Shown in pieces: positions 55,604-63,429 of a DNA stretch of 64,000 nt. A program made the translations under genes and the position numbers. Source of the stretch: a virus (lineage: Duplodnaviria > Caudoviricetes). Each line of letters starts with the position of its first letter. The stretch's first letter is position 1. The notes beneath the pieces were generated by a model, which ran no database searches, was not told where the DNA came from, and saw nothing but the letters and a program-made list of their open reading frames with translations. Where the stretch lies: the IMG/VR virus record IMGVR_UViG_3300048503_000021, positions 32,254 to 96,253 of that record; one strand, given 5' to 3'.

Positions 55604-55825
55604 TTGAAATACGAACCCGAAGGTCGGCAGATTCCCTATCAAGTGCGGCTGCAAACCCAGGCAATGGAGGAGGCGGCTCGAAGGACGATGGCGGCATTAC
55701 TGACCGCCGAAGCGAAGCGCAGGCGCAAAGCGGAGCGGTGGGCGCGGGTGGGCTGGGCGCTGTCGCTGATGGAGTTCCTGGCGCTGGCGGGGCTGGTCTG
55801 TGGGTTGTGGAAGGGGTGGTTCTAA
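55604..55825 (+). CDS. small membrane protein
   Basis: GGAG RBS before a TTG start; C-terminal TM segment. Confidence 0.5.
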   Translation: MKYEPEGRQIPYQVRLQTQAMEEAARRTMAALLTAEAKRRRKAERWARVGWALSLMEFLALAGLVCGLWKGWF

Positions 55826-56394
55826 TGGGCACTTATACCGACGTTTGTTCTGTCCTGAAACCAGCCAAGCGTGGATCTGCCGAGATCAGGATCGACACCC
55901 CATCCGGCTTTGAACGGTTAAGCGGAGCACTCCACGGCCAGCCCCTCGACCGAGAGAAGTATGCGCGGCTGCTGATTAACGGGCGCGTCATGATGACCGA
56001 CGCCGAGTTTGAGCGCCTCACGAACCTTGAATTTGTCTGCAAGGCGCATGGGGATATTCTCATTGCCGGTCTTGGTATCGGCATGATCCTCAAGCCTGCC
56101 CTAAAGAATGGGGAGAGCGTTACGGTAGTGGAGATCAATCCCGACGTGATCGCCCTCGTTGCCCCATCGTTCGATGATCCGAAACTGCGGATCGTCTCGG
56201 GCGACATAGACTCCTGGTTGCCGGAAGCGGGGCAACGCTTCGACGCCATCTACTTCGACATTTGGGAGCATTTCAACGAAGAAACGAACGCCCACGCCAC
56301 AAAACTGGGCCGGAGATTCTGTAAGTATCTGAAACCGGGCGGGTGGATGGGGTCTTGGACGCGGGCGGCTTGGAAGGCCACCAACAGGCGGTAA
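55825..56394 (+). CDS. spermidine-synthase-like SAM-dependent methyltransferase
   Basis: GDILIAGLGIG…VTVVEINPDVI…GD…FDAIYFDIW. Confidence 0.85.
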   Translation: MGTYTDVCSVLKPAKRGSAEIRIDTPSGFERLSGALHGQPLDREKYARLLINGRVMMTDAEFERLTNLEFVCKAHGDILIAGLGIGMILKPALKNGESVTVVEINPDVIALVAPSFDDPKLRIVSGDIDSWLPEAGQRFDAIYFDIWEHFNEETNAHATKLGRRFCKYLKPGGWMGSWTRAAWKATNRR

Positions 56395-56405
56395 GGGAGG
56401 ATTGC

Positions 56406-56690
56406 ATGGTAAAACAGCAAACGATATGTGACCGATGCGGGCAGGAAAAGAAGGGCGCGAATCACTGGTGGGAGGTGTACGGTTCGCCAGTTATTCCCGA
56501 CGCGCTAGTGATAAGACCTGCGGGGCCATCGACAGCACAGCCGGGGGCCGTAGAGGTGCTGGGCGCACCAGGGGACTTCTGCTCCCAAGTGTGCGCCCTG
56601 CGAGCCATCGACGAATGGATGTCAAAGCAGATTGCAGAGGCGAAGGCGGAAGAGAAACTGTCGCAGGAAGCGGCTGAAGCCAATGCTTAA
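56406..56690 (+). CDS. zinc-finger protein
   Basis: CDRCG…NHWW…CSQVC; GGAGG RBS. Confidence 0.7.
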   Translation: MVKQQTICDRCGQEKKGANHWWEVYGSPVIPDALVIRPAGPSTAQPGAVEVLGAPGDFCSQVCALRAIDEWMSKQIAEAKAEEKLSQEAAEANA

Positions 56691-56943
56691 CAAGTCTGAG
56701 CGCATCCGCCAACTGCTTCTGGCGGGCGAGTTGGGGCCGCTCGAAATAGGGGTAATCGTCGGCACAACAGCAGCGACCGTTCGCTCTGTCAGACAGCGCA
56801 TGAAACGTCCGCAGGCCATCTCTGACGTGAACGCAAGGATTGAATCCCTACGGATCGAAATGCGCCTATTGCAGCGCGATGTCTCTGCTATCAGAAGCGA
56901 CATTACGGCCATTTTCCAGAAGCTAAGGAAGACACGCCACTGA
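56683..56943 (+). CDS. small HTH plus coiled-coil protein
   Basis: KSERIRQLL…EIG..VGTT.ATVRSVR. Confidence 0.6.
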   Translation: MLNKSERIRQLLLAGELGPLEIGVIVGTTAATVRSVRQRMKRPQAISDVNARIESLRIEMRLLQRDVSAIRSDITAIFQKLRKTRH

Positions 56944-57020
56944 TGCGCCACGCGCCGGTTCAAGCGCCCCGGTAGCCTACTCACCACTAACCCACTGGTT
57001 CAGCCCTGGTCCCGTCTACT

Positions 57021-57096
57021 TGGCGAGTCGTCCAACTGGTTAAGATGCTTGACTTTGACTCAAGAGATGTAGGTTCAAGTCCTGCCTCGCCAGCCA
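57021..57096 (+). tRNA. tRNA-Gln (anticodon TTG)
   Basis: Acceptor stem TGGCGAG/CTCGCCA, anticodon arm CTTGA-CTTTGAC-TCAAG, T-loop GTTCAAGT, encoded CCA. Confidence 0.92.
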
Positions 57097-57284
57097 ACCT
57101 AAATCGCCCCGGTTCCACGCGCCCCGGTCGCCCCGCCCTGGTCGCGCCGGTTGACGCTCAGCGGGCGGCGCTGGCGGCGGGCCGGAATCTACGCTTCCCA
57201 AAACTTTCCTCTTGACAGGCCGCTATGCAAGGTGTAACGTGGGTCTATGCCACAAAGAACAGGCAGAAATGGAGGCAAATAGCC

Positions 57285-57491
57285 GTGTTGCATCTGTTAG
57301 AGGAACTGACGCCCTACCAAGAGGGGCGGCTGATGGCGGATCTGACCCGCAAGGGATACACGTCCGAAACCGTCAACGGATATACTCCCGGCACGCTGGA
57401 GTATCAGGAATTCAACCGAGGGGTGTACGACGACGCGCAAGCGGAAGCGCACAAGGCGGCGGCGGGCATGGGCGTGGGGGTGACGGCGTGA
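57285..57491 (+). CDS. hypothetical protein
   Basis: GGAGG RBS; downstream of promoter TTGACA(57212)-17-TAACGT. Confidence 0.55.
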   Translation: MLHLLEELTPYQEGRLMADLTRKGYTSETVNGYTPGTLEYQEFNRGVYDDAQAEAHKAAAGMGVGVTA

Positions 57492-57709
57492 CGCGCATAT
57501 CTTCAGCCAGTCCGGTACGCCGGGAAACCGACGTTCACTACCGGGGTAGGGCGTTGGTGGTGGAGCTTCACCCTGGCTTTTTGACCCTCAAAGAGAAGGG
57601 CAAGCGGTACAGGGTGAGCGTGGGCTACGACGCCATTCTCTCGCTGGGTTTCAAACTGTTAGCGCGGGCCGAAGCCGCAGAGAAGAAGAGCAAAGGAGGC
57701 AAGCGATGA
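57488..57709 (+). CDS. small basic protein
   Basis: GTGA overlap with the upstream gene; RALVVELHP…L.LKEKG.R. Confidence 0.65.
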   Translation: MTRISSASPVRRETDVHYRGRALVVELHPGFLTLKEKGKRYRVSVGYDAILSLGFKLLARAEAAEKKSKGGKR

Positions 57710-57763
57710 TCCGTTTCCCGTCGCTGACAAGCGACCAGCACGCGTGATGTATCGCCTTTGACT

Positions 57764-58906
57764 TCAGCGACTTCCAAGGCCATGCAGAGCAATCTCCACA
57801 TTACGGCCTTCAGGTGGCATCCCCACCTGTCCACGGGCAAGGATGACTTGCGCCGCAGCGTGATCTCTATGCGCGGTGTACCCGCAGGGGCAGACGTGCT
57901 GCCGCTGGCTTAGGATCTTTTTCGCTACGGCCCCACAAGAGGGACACGTTTGAGAAGTGTACGCCGCATTAACTTCGACTACCTCAACCCCGGCCCATTC
58001 TGCCTTGGATTTAAGGATATTCAGGAAGCTGCCCCAGCCAGCGTCCAGAACAGCGCGGGCAAGCCGGTGATTCTTGGACATCCCAGAGATGTTCAAGCTC
58101 TCCACCGCGATCAACCCGTACTTGTCTACCAACTTTCGAGCAATCTTATGATGCTGGTCGCACCTGTAGTTTGCAACCGAGGCGTGTGTGGCAATGACAG
58201 CACGCCGAGCGTTGCGTCGTCCTCTACCGCCCTTATTCCTTCGATCCATGCGCCTCTGCTGGACTCGCAGTTTGCGGAGCTTCCACTTGAGCGGCTGGAG
58301 GGGCGCTATGTGCTCTCCATCCGAAGTTGTCAGGAAGCTCTCGATTCCCAAGTCAATCCCGACGGCGGCAGTATTTTTATTTTCAACTGCCACTTCGCCA
58401 AGATCGCAGACAATCACGACATACCACTTCCCGGCTTCGCGCTTTACCGTGATCGTCTTGTGCTTTCCTTCAGTGGGACGGTGCAGCCGCACGCGGACCA
58501 ACCCGACGTGCTGCAAGCGAAGTTTATTCCCGATCAGCCTAACACCGTGCGGCACTTGGGGGTAGGTAAAGCTATCGAATCGGTCTCTGCTCTTAAACCT
58601 CGGGTATCCGGGCTTTTCTCCGGCCTTACAACGCCTAAAAAAAGCAGCAAAGGTGGTATCCAGACGGTTCATCGTGGCCTGAGCGCTTTGCGCGTTGAGA
58701 CGCGCAAACCAAGGATTGATTTTATTCTCCCTTGCGAACCATTTGGCTTGATCGCGGTACTTGATCGACTTCTTTTCGATTTCGTAGGCCGTTTTTCGCT
58801 GTGCAAGGCACTGGTTATAGAGACGCCTGTGTGTCTCCAGCGTGATCTCCAACTCCCGCGTCTGGTTGACGTTAGGATAGAGGCGGTACTTGTACGCTTT
58901 GTACAT
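57764..58906 (-). CDS. tnpB: RNA-guided endonuclease TnpB (copy 2)
   Basis: YKYRLYP, GYPRFKS, GIDLG, VESL, TSQTCPSCG…CPCG…HRD; RuvC triad intact. Confidence 0.95.
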   Translation of the reverse strand: MYKAYKYRLYPNVNQTRELEITLETHRRLYNQCLAQRKTAYEIEKKSIKYRDQAKWFARENKINPWFARLNAQSAQATMNRLDTTFAAFFRRCKAGEKPGYPRFKSRDRFDSFTYPQVPHGVRLIGNKLRLQHVGLVRVRLHRPTEGKHKTITVKREAGKWYVVIVCDLGEVAVENKNTAAVGIDLGIESFLTTSDGEHIAPLQPLKWKLRKLRVQQRRMDRRNKGGRGRRNARRAVIATHASVANYRCDQHHKIARKLVDKYGLIAVESLNISGMSKNHRLARAVLDAGWGSFLNILKSKAEWAGVEVVEVNAAYTSQTCPSCGAVAKKILSQRQHVCPCGYTAHRDHAAAQVILARGQVGMPPEGRNVEIALHGLGSR

Positions 58907-59048
58907 CTGCCTTCACGTTGTAGCGTTCGGCCAGCAACCGCACGGCCATCTCAATCACAGAGGCTTGGCTCAAGCCTAGTTTCTCGCCAAGCACCACGAG
59001 GAGCCGCAGGCAGTTCTCACTCAGGCGGAATGCGGTTGGCTTCTTCAT
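58872..59048 (-). CDS. 58-aa ribbon-helix-helix protein, paralogue of 54959-55099
   Basis: MKKPTAFRLSENCLRLLVVLGEKLGLSQASVIEMAVRLLAERYNVK…; overlaps the tnpB start. Confidence 0.8.
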   Translation of the reverse strand: MKKPTAFRLSENCLRLLVVLGEKLGLSQASVIEMAVRLLAERYNVKADVQSVQVPPLS

Positions 59049-59054
59049 ATCTCA

Positions 59055-59083
59055 ATAGTAACGCAAATCGCGTTACTTGTAAA
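59055..59083 (-). promoter_or_regulatory. leaderless promoter with palindromic operator
   Basis: TTTACA-17-TACTAT, 6 nt before the ATG; inverted repeat AGTAACGC-N5-GCGTTACT (59057-59077). Confidence 0.7.
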
Positions 59084-59115
59084 CAACCTAAGCCAAGCCC
59101 GCGCCGGTTCACGCA

Positions 59116-59145
59116 GAAAGCCCCGGTCACTGATCGGGGCTTTTT
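59116..59145. terminator. intrinsic terminator
   Basis: AAAGCCCCG…CGGGGCTTTTT. Confidence 0.75.
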
Positions 59146-59148
59146 CGT

Positions 59149-59162
59149 GTCTGGATACAGAC
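59149..59162 (-). promoter_or_regulatory. GTCTNNATCCAGAC motif, site 12
   Basis: + strand GTCTGGATACAGAC. Confidence 0.75.
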
Positions 59163-59230
59163 AAAGGAGAGAACGTGAAAGGAGGTGGAGTTATGCACAA
59201 CTAGCCGAACGCCCTGGTAGCAACAAACGG

Positions 59231-59266
59231 CCCCGGTTCCCTGCAAAGGGAGCCGGGGTTTCTTTT
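59231..59266 (+). terminator. intrinsic terminator
   Basis: CCCCGGTTCCCT-GCAA-AGGGAGCCGGGG followed by TTTCTTTT. Confidence 0.75.
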
Positions 59267-59303
59267 GCGCCCTGGTAGCAGAGAGCGGGAGGGCGGGCAG
59301 ACA

Positions 59304-59333
59304 GCGCCGGTTCGCGCCGGTTCGCGCCGGTTC
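59304..59333 (+). repeat. 3 x GCGCCGGTTC tandem repeat
   Basis: Directly visible; related copies at ~56951, 57105-57152 and 59100. Confidence 0.85.
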
Positions 59334-59343
59334 AAGCGGGCAC

Positions 59344-59374
59344 AAAAAAGCCCGCCCCGCCGAAGCGGAGCGGG
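59344..59374 (-). terminator. intrinsic terminator of the leftward operon
   Basis: GCCCGC…GCGGGC stem with TTCG loop and T6 on the - strand. Confidence 0.7.
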
Positions 59375-59400
59375 CCGGGGAGCCGGTATGCGGATGGAGG

Positions 59401-59622
59401 CTAGGCCCGCCGCTCGACACCCCTGAAGAAATGCGCGCGGGCAGATTCAATCGTCCAGCCGACATATCTCAGCGCGTTACAGCATATGCGCCCGTTACGA
59501 CGGAGCCGGGCCGGATGCCCGCACATCTGAACGATCCCATCTCGAACGTAGATCTTCACGGCGTAATCATAGCCGTTCTGCACGACGCCCGCCGCGTCGA
59601 GTTCCTGAAGCGTGGCGCGCAT
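59401..59622 (-). CDS. hypothetical protein
   Basis: MRATLQELD…NGYDY…V.DG…CGHP; TAATG coupling with the upstream gene. Confidence 0.55.
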   Translation of the reverse strand: MRATLQELDAAGVVQNGYDYAVKIYVRDGIVQMCGHPARLRRNGRICCNALRYVGWTIESARAHFFRGVERRA

Positions 59623-59798
59623 TATCGCCCGCGCCTCTGCCACTCGCCTAGCCAGCCACACGCGCCGCAGAGCAAGGCAAACGCGCCCGCCAGCAGGATC
59701 GCGCCGTGTAGCCCGTCAGGGCGGCCAGCGCAAGCCCAGAGAACGGCCACCGCGCCCGCAATGGCCACGTAAGCATAAGCCTTCGAGTTATGAAGCAC
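59622..59798 (-). CDS. 58-aa two-TM membrane protein
   Basis: GGAGG RBS, GTG start, MLHNSKAYAYVAIAGAVAVLW…; not in the ORF track. Confidence 0.55.
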   Translation of the reverse strand: MLHNSKAYAYVAIAGAVAVLWACAGRPDGLHGAILLAGAFALLCGACGWLGEWQRRGR

Positions 59799-60108
59799 TG
59801 GACGCCTCCGACCTATAGGCCCACGATTGCCGCGCTATCTCGCTCAACTGTTCCCACGTTTTGCGGGGTGCGCCGTCGTGATAGTAGGGTTGTCTTCGCA
59901 CGTCTGCTTCATAGTCGGCCCGCCCGCACTCGGGAAGCCCCGTTGCAATTGCGGCAGTGATCTGGTTATGAGCGTCCTCAGCGGAAACCTTCAGGGCTTC
60001 GACAAGTGGGAACGTCCCGTAATTGAAAACAAAGGTCCGCGTCTCGCCGCGAAAGGTGGTTTTCACTAAGCGCGTTTCCATGTCAATCTCGGTCAGGTAT
60101 TTTAGCAT
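59788..60108 (-). CDS. hypothetical protein
   Basis: Own GGAGG RBS before MLKYLTE; P.YHDG.PRKTW.QL…SW motif. Confidence 0.6.
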   Translation of the reverse strand: MLKYLTEIDMETRLVKTTFRGETRTFVFNYGTFPLVEALKVSAEDAHNQITAAIATGLPECGRADYEADVRRQPYYHDGAPRKTWEQLSEIARQSWAYRSEASSAS

Positions 60109-60119
60109 CGGACCTCCAA

Positions 60120-61322
60120 ACGCTTTGAGTGGGCTAGACTTGGGACTAGCCCCATGCGCGTTAGATCGGGCCGCAAGGCCCGATCCCCTCCGCTTAGCAA
60201 GGCCCGCCAGTGTGTCACCAGCGGAGCGAGAGCCGTCAGCATCCCACGCATCAAGCGTGGCAGTCCCGAAGCCTGCCGGAAGTTCCAGGCGTTTAACCAG
60301 CCGGGAAAGAATCTCCCCACGGGTGGGCGATTCTTGCGGGAATGGCGTGTTGTAGGCATCCCCGAAGGCCAGCACGAACGGGACAACGGCATCGAGCGCC
60401 GTGCGGATGGCAGAGCGGAACTTTGCCGCCGCTTCCCCAACGTGCATGATGCTGATTTCCTGGTCCATCCCCTCACCCCATGCTGTTGTGAAGTTGAGGC
60501 AGAGGACGCGGAGAATCTTGGGGACAATGCGGATGCTGGATTGTTTCGTCTGGGAGTTGGCGACGTGCAGGGCGACCAGGGCAATGTCCCCCACTTTCAA
60601 CTCACGGGCCATCGTCGGCCAGATCACCTCTACGTCGCTCCGTGATTCGGTTTGGGTGAAACGGACCTTTGCCCCTGCTGGCAGAACAGCGTCTAAGCCG
60701 GTCAGAAGGTCGTGGTCTTCAACTCCGGTGTAACGGTTGGAGACTACGGCATTCAAGGACCGCCGCAGGATAACGCCATTAGCGCTCGCTTGCGGGGTCA
60801 AAACGGTGCGGAGTACCGCTTCGCGCTGTTCGGAGTTGTAGGCATTCTCCGCGCAGTAGTTGAAGGCATCTGCGCGGATAGCCGGGGGCAGAGCTAACAG
60901 GGTGGAAGCGAACCCGCCCGAAACGCTGGCAGGCTTCACGAACGATGCGGCCTGATTGAAAGCCGTTGCGGTGTAGGCGAGTGGGGTCTTGTTCGGGTCG
61001 CAGTTGCGGCCATGGATTCCGCCATTGTCGGCCCTCATGCGGAGGTCGTAGATTTGAACTTGGGTGTCAATCGGCCGCTGTTCGGTGCGGATGGCTCGCA
61101 GTGTAGCCGCAGCCGTCGCCACGTCGGGAAGCGCGGCTATCTCTTCTTTGAGTTCCCCGCGCCCGCTGTTCTCCGTAGGGAATCAGCGACTCGCCTTCCG
61201 GTACGATGGTATTGGGGAGCCTTATCCCCGTGGTAGCCGAAAGCTGCTTGAGGGTTTCCATGCGAGTTGTGAAGTCGGCCCCCGCGACGGAGCCGGAAAA
61301 CGTGCTAGTCAAAGTGGAACAT
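60120..61322 (-). pseudogene. DUF932-like protein, frameshifted
   Basis: AVVSNRY…NS…SI…LRVLCLN…H.G motif. Two apparent +1 insertions near the 5' end; the 3' end reads through into the next gene. Confidence 0.6.
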
Positions 61323-61344
61323 TGATTCAGCCTCCATTCGATCT

Positions 61345-61358
61345 GTCTGGATCCAGAC
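61345..61358. promoter_or_regulatory. GTCTNNATCCAGAC motif, site 13 (perfect palindrome TGTCTGGATCCAGACA)
   Basis: Immediately upstream of the GGAGG RBS of the DUF932-like gene. Confidence 0.75.
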
Positions 61359-61405
61359 ACGGGCAATCGGCCCGCCACGGCCCGCCAGCGCGGGCCGAAG
61401 CTGGA

Positions 61406-61546
61406 CTACTGCCGGAACCATCCCCAGAGCAAGCCAGCCAGCGCCGCCAGCAGCAGCGCCACGCCATAGCCCAACAGTAGAGCCGGGAGCCTGTCAGTGT
61501 GGGCAGGCCGGGACGTATCAACAGAGAAACGGTCTTCTTGTGCCAT
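61406..61546 (-). CDS. 46-aa single-TM protein
   Basis: GGAGGT RBS; MAQEDRF…LLLGYGVALLLAALAGLLWGWFRQ; not in the ORF track. Confidence 0.6.
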   Translation of the reverse strand: MAQEDRFSVDTSRPAHTDRLPALLLGYGVALLLAALAGLLWGWFRQ

Positions 61547-61547
61547 A

Positions 61548-61862
61548 TCAAAGTACCTCCATTTCCTGCTCAAAGCGTTCTAATGCGTCAACCATCTCTA
61601 GCCAGCGGTCGAAGATGCGCGGATAGGCTGCCTGAAAGGTCCCCTCATGCGCTTTCTCGAAAGCCTCCAGTTTGCGCTTGGCTTCGAGTTCTGCCGCCTT
61701 AAGCCGGGCGAGTTCAAATAGTTGCTCACGGTTCATATTGCATCTCTCCTTTATTCGCGGATCACCGCGCCTCAGCCGGACGGAAAACTTCACATCCGGG
61801 AAGGCCTCGCGTAGTGCCCGCTTGATCCAGGTTGAACACTCTTTCGCGTCAATCGTCCGCAT
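61548..61862 (-). CDS. LPD29-like N-terminal fragment fused to a small helical ORF
   Basis: AK…IKRALREAFPDVKFSVR, then an internal AAGGAG RBS before MNREQLF (61736). Confidence 0.5.
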   Translation of the reverse strand: MRTIDAKECSTWIKRALREAFPDVKFSVRLRRGDPRIKERCNMNREQLFELARLKAAELEAKRKLEAFEKAHEGTFQAAYPRIFDRWLEMVDALERFEQEMEVL

Positions 61863-61918
61863 AGGTTCTCTCCTTGTTCTGACATTCGGACTTTGGACTC
61901 CGCGTGGCTCATGCTCGC

Positions 61919-62163
61919 TCAGTTTTCCTCGATTGCAGCAAGCCACCATGCCGCAGACCAGGAGTTATGCGGCGTGTGGCAGCGCGGGCAATAGTTCTTG
62001 GCCGTATGGCCGCACAGGCAGCGTTCCTCGGTAAGTTTATCGATGCATTTCTGGGCGGCTGCGAGCGTGCGATGCTTGTGGCCGCAGTTATTGAGTTCTT
62101 GATGGATGCCTGTGCTGGCGCTCCACGAATTCGGGTCGCGAACGACCTACGCTATATGTCATA
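61919..62163 (-). pseudogene. Cys/His-rich small protein, frameshifted near its start
   Basis: GGAGG-ATG; removing one base at ~62146 opens …NCGHKHRTLAAAQKC…CPRCH…*. Confidence 0.5.
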
Positions 62164-62254
62164 TAACCTCCAGTGATTCGGGCTCATGCCCGCGCCCGGT
62201 GACGCCTTGCGAGTGCCACCCGGTGACGCGCACGCGCTACCGCTGCCTTACGGC

Positions 62255-62524
62255 TCAACTAACGTCGTATGCTGAGCGCGCAGACTCTGCCCAGCCGAGC
62301 AATGCGGCCACGAGTCGCGCGGACTGCCATCTGCGCATACTCACGTTCGCGTTACCTTGCGCGATCAGGTCCAGCGTCTCCCGCTTGCCCATCGTCCAGG
62401 GCTCGTAATCGCCGCACCGCGAAACGCGAGTGCCCATGTTGTCGGTTTCAGTTCCGCACTTAACCGCGTGCTGAGTCGTACAGGTCGCGGACGTGATGTA
62501 GGCGTAAATCTTACTAGGTTTCAT
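62255..62524 (-). CDS. hypothetical protein
   Basis: AAGGAG RBS before MKPSKIY. Confidence 0.5.
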   Translation of the reverse strand: MKPSKIYAYITSATCTTQHAVKCGTETDNMGTRVSRCGDYEPWTMGKRETLDLIAQGNANVSMRRWQSARLVAALLGWAESARSAYDVS

Positions 62525-62559
62525 GTGTTTGATCTCCTTATCTGCTACTCTGGCGCGTG

Positions 62560-63157
62560 CTATGCTTCGTCCTCGATTACCAAGGTAATTCCGATTTCCT
62601 CGCACAATTCCCGCCGTCAGCGGTTTCAGGTAATCGCCATTCAAGTCCTTCGAGTAAATGCCATGGTTCAAGGTGTCACGCGAATTCGGACCATTCGGAC
62701 GGAATCCGTAACTCTCGCAGAAGCACTCATTTTCGACCCATGCGTCCGGATCCGGAGTCTCGATTGTTTCCCAGCGAATGAACTCTGGTAACAGGCGGCC
62801 GCTATTCGATTCCGGGTAATCGGCCATTGTGGCGAATCGTTCGCCTACTCCGGTATGTTCGCCAGCGGTGAGAACCGAGGAATCGCGCACAACTTTTTTG
62901 TGTTCGCGTCTGAAGCCGTATTCCTTAATCTATTCGTCGATGGTTTCCGTCGCTTCACTGAAGAATTCGTCCTCACAAATACCATAGGCGTCCTCGAACG
63001 TTTTGGCGCGCACGATTCCGTTAATGCCGATAGAATTGCGCGAGATCCAAAGCGGGCCAAAACCATCGTCATACGTTGCAATTGGATATTTGCTACCAGT
63101 GAGGCAAGCGCTTACAAATCTCTGAGTGTCTGTGATGGTTGCGATCTGATTCATCAT
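62560..63157 (-). pseudogene. acidic hypothetical protein with in-frame TAG and a late frameshift
   Basis: …ETIDE*IKEYGF… continues in frame across TAG 62930-62932; apparent extra base at 62610-62612. Confidence 0.5.
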
Positions 63158-63429
63158 CGGGCGGTAATGCGGGAGATATCGACCCACTGAGAGCCGGAAC
63201 CCGCCAGCGGTTCGACCTGGAGACGGACTTGTCCCCATGCGGACTTCGCATCAGTCACGCGGCAGTTGATAACCATATCCTCCATGCGGACGGCCACCAA
63301 AGCGCCGACTGCCGGGCGAAGTTGATTGCAGGTTGTTCGACTCGTAGCGTTGCGGGGAGTGGGGCGGCAGTCCCCACAGGCGCAGTATTGAAAGTGAGCA
63401 GCGGTGCTTGCCATCGGATTAGCCTCCAT
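63154..63429 (-). CDS. small SH3-like phage protein
   Basis: V.D.KSAWG.VR.QVEP.AGSG.QWV motif. Confidence 0.65.
   Translation of the reverse strand: MEANPMASTAAHFQYCACGDCRPTPRNATSRTTCNQLRPAVGALVAVRMEDMVINCRVTDAKSAWGQVRLQVEPLAGSGSQWVDISRITAR

Noticed and set aside
57021-57096. tRNA as attachment site or prophage boundary
   Set aside because: No duplicated tRNA 3' end or integrase in the window, and phage-type genes lie on both sides.
53812-58906. Catalytically dead TnpB (TldR) or Cas12f with a CRISPR array
   Set aside because: RuvC D/E/D residues are present in both copies, and no repeat-spacer array was found.
57950-59278. 442-aa + strand ORF
   Set aside because: Antisense shadow of tnpB 2 and its RHH gene; it runs through terminators.
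59304-59333. GTTC direct repeats as a LexA box
   Set aside because: Spacing is GTTC-N6-GTTC, whereas the known direct-repeat LexA box is N7; there is no adjacent promoter.
62930-62932. Amber stop-codon reassignment
   Set aside because: Many intact genes end in TAG, and the only tRNA has anticodon TTG rather than CTA.
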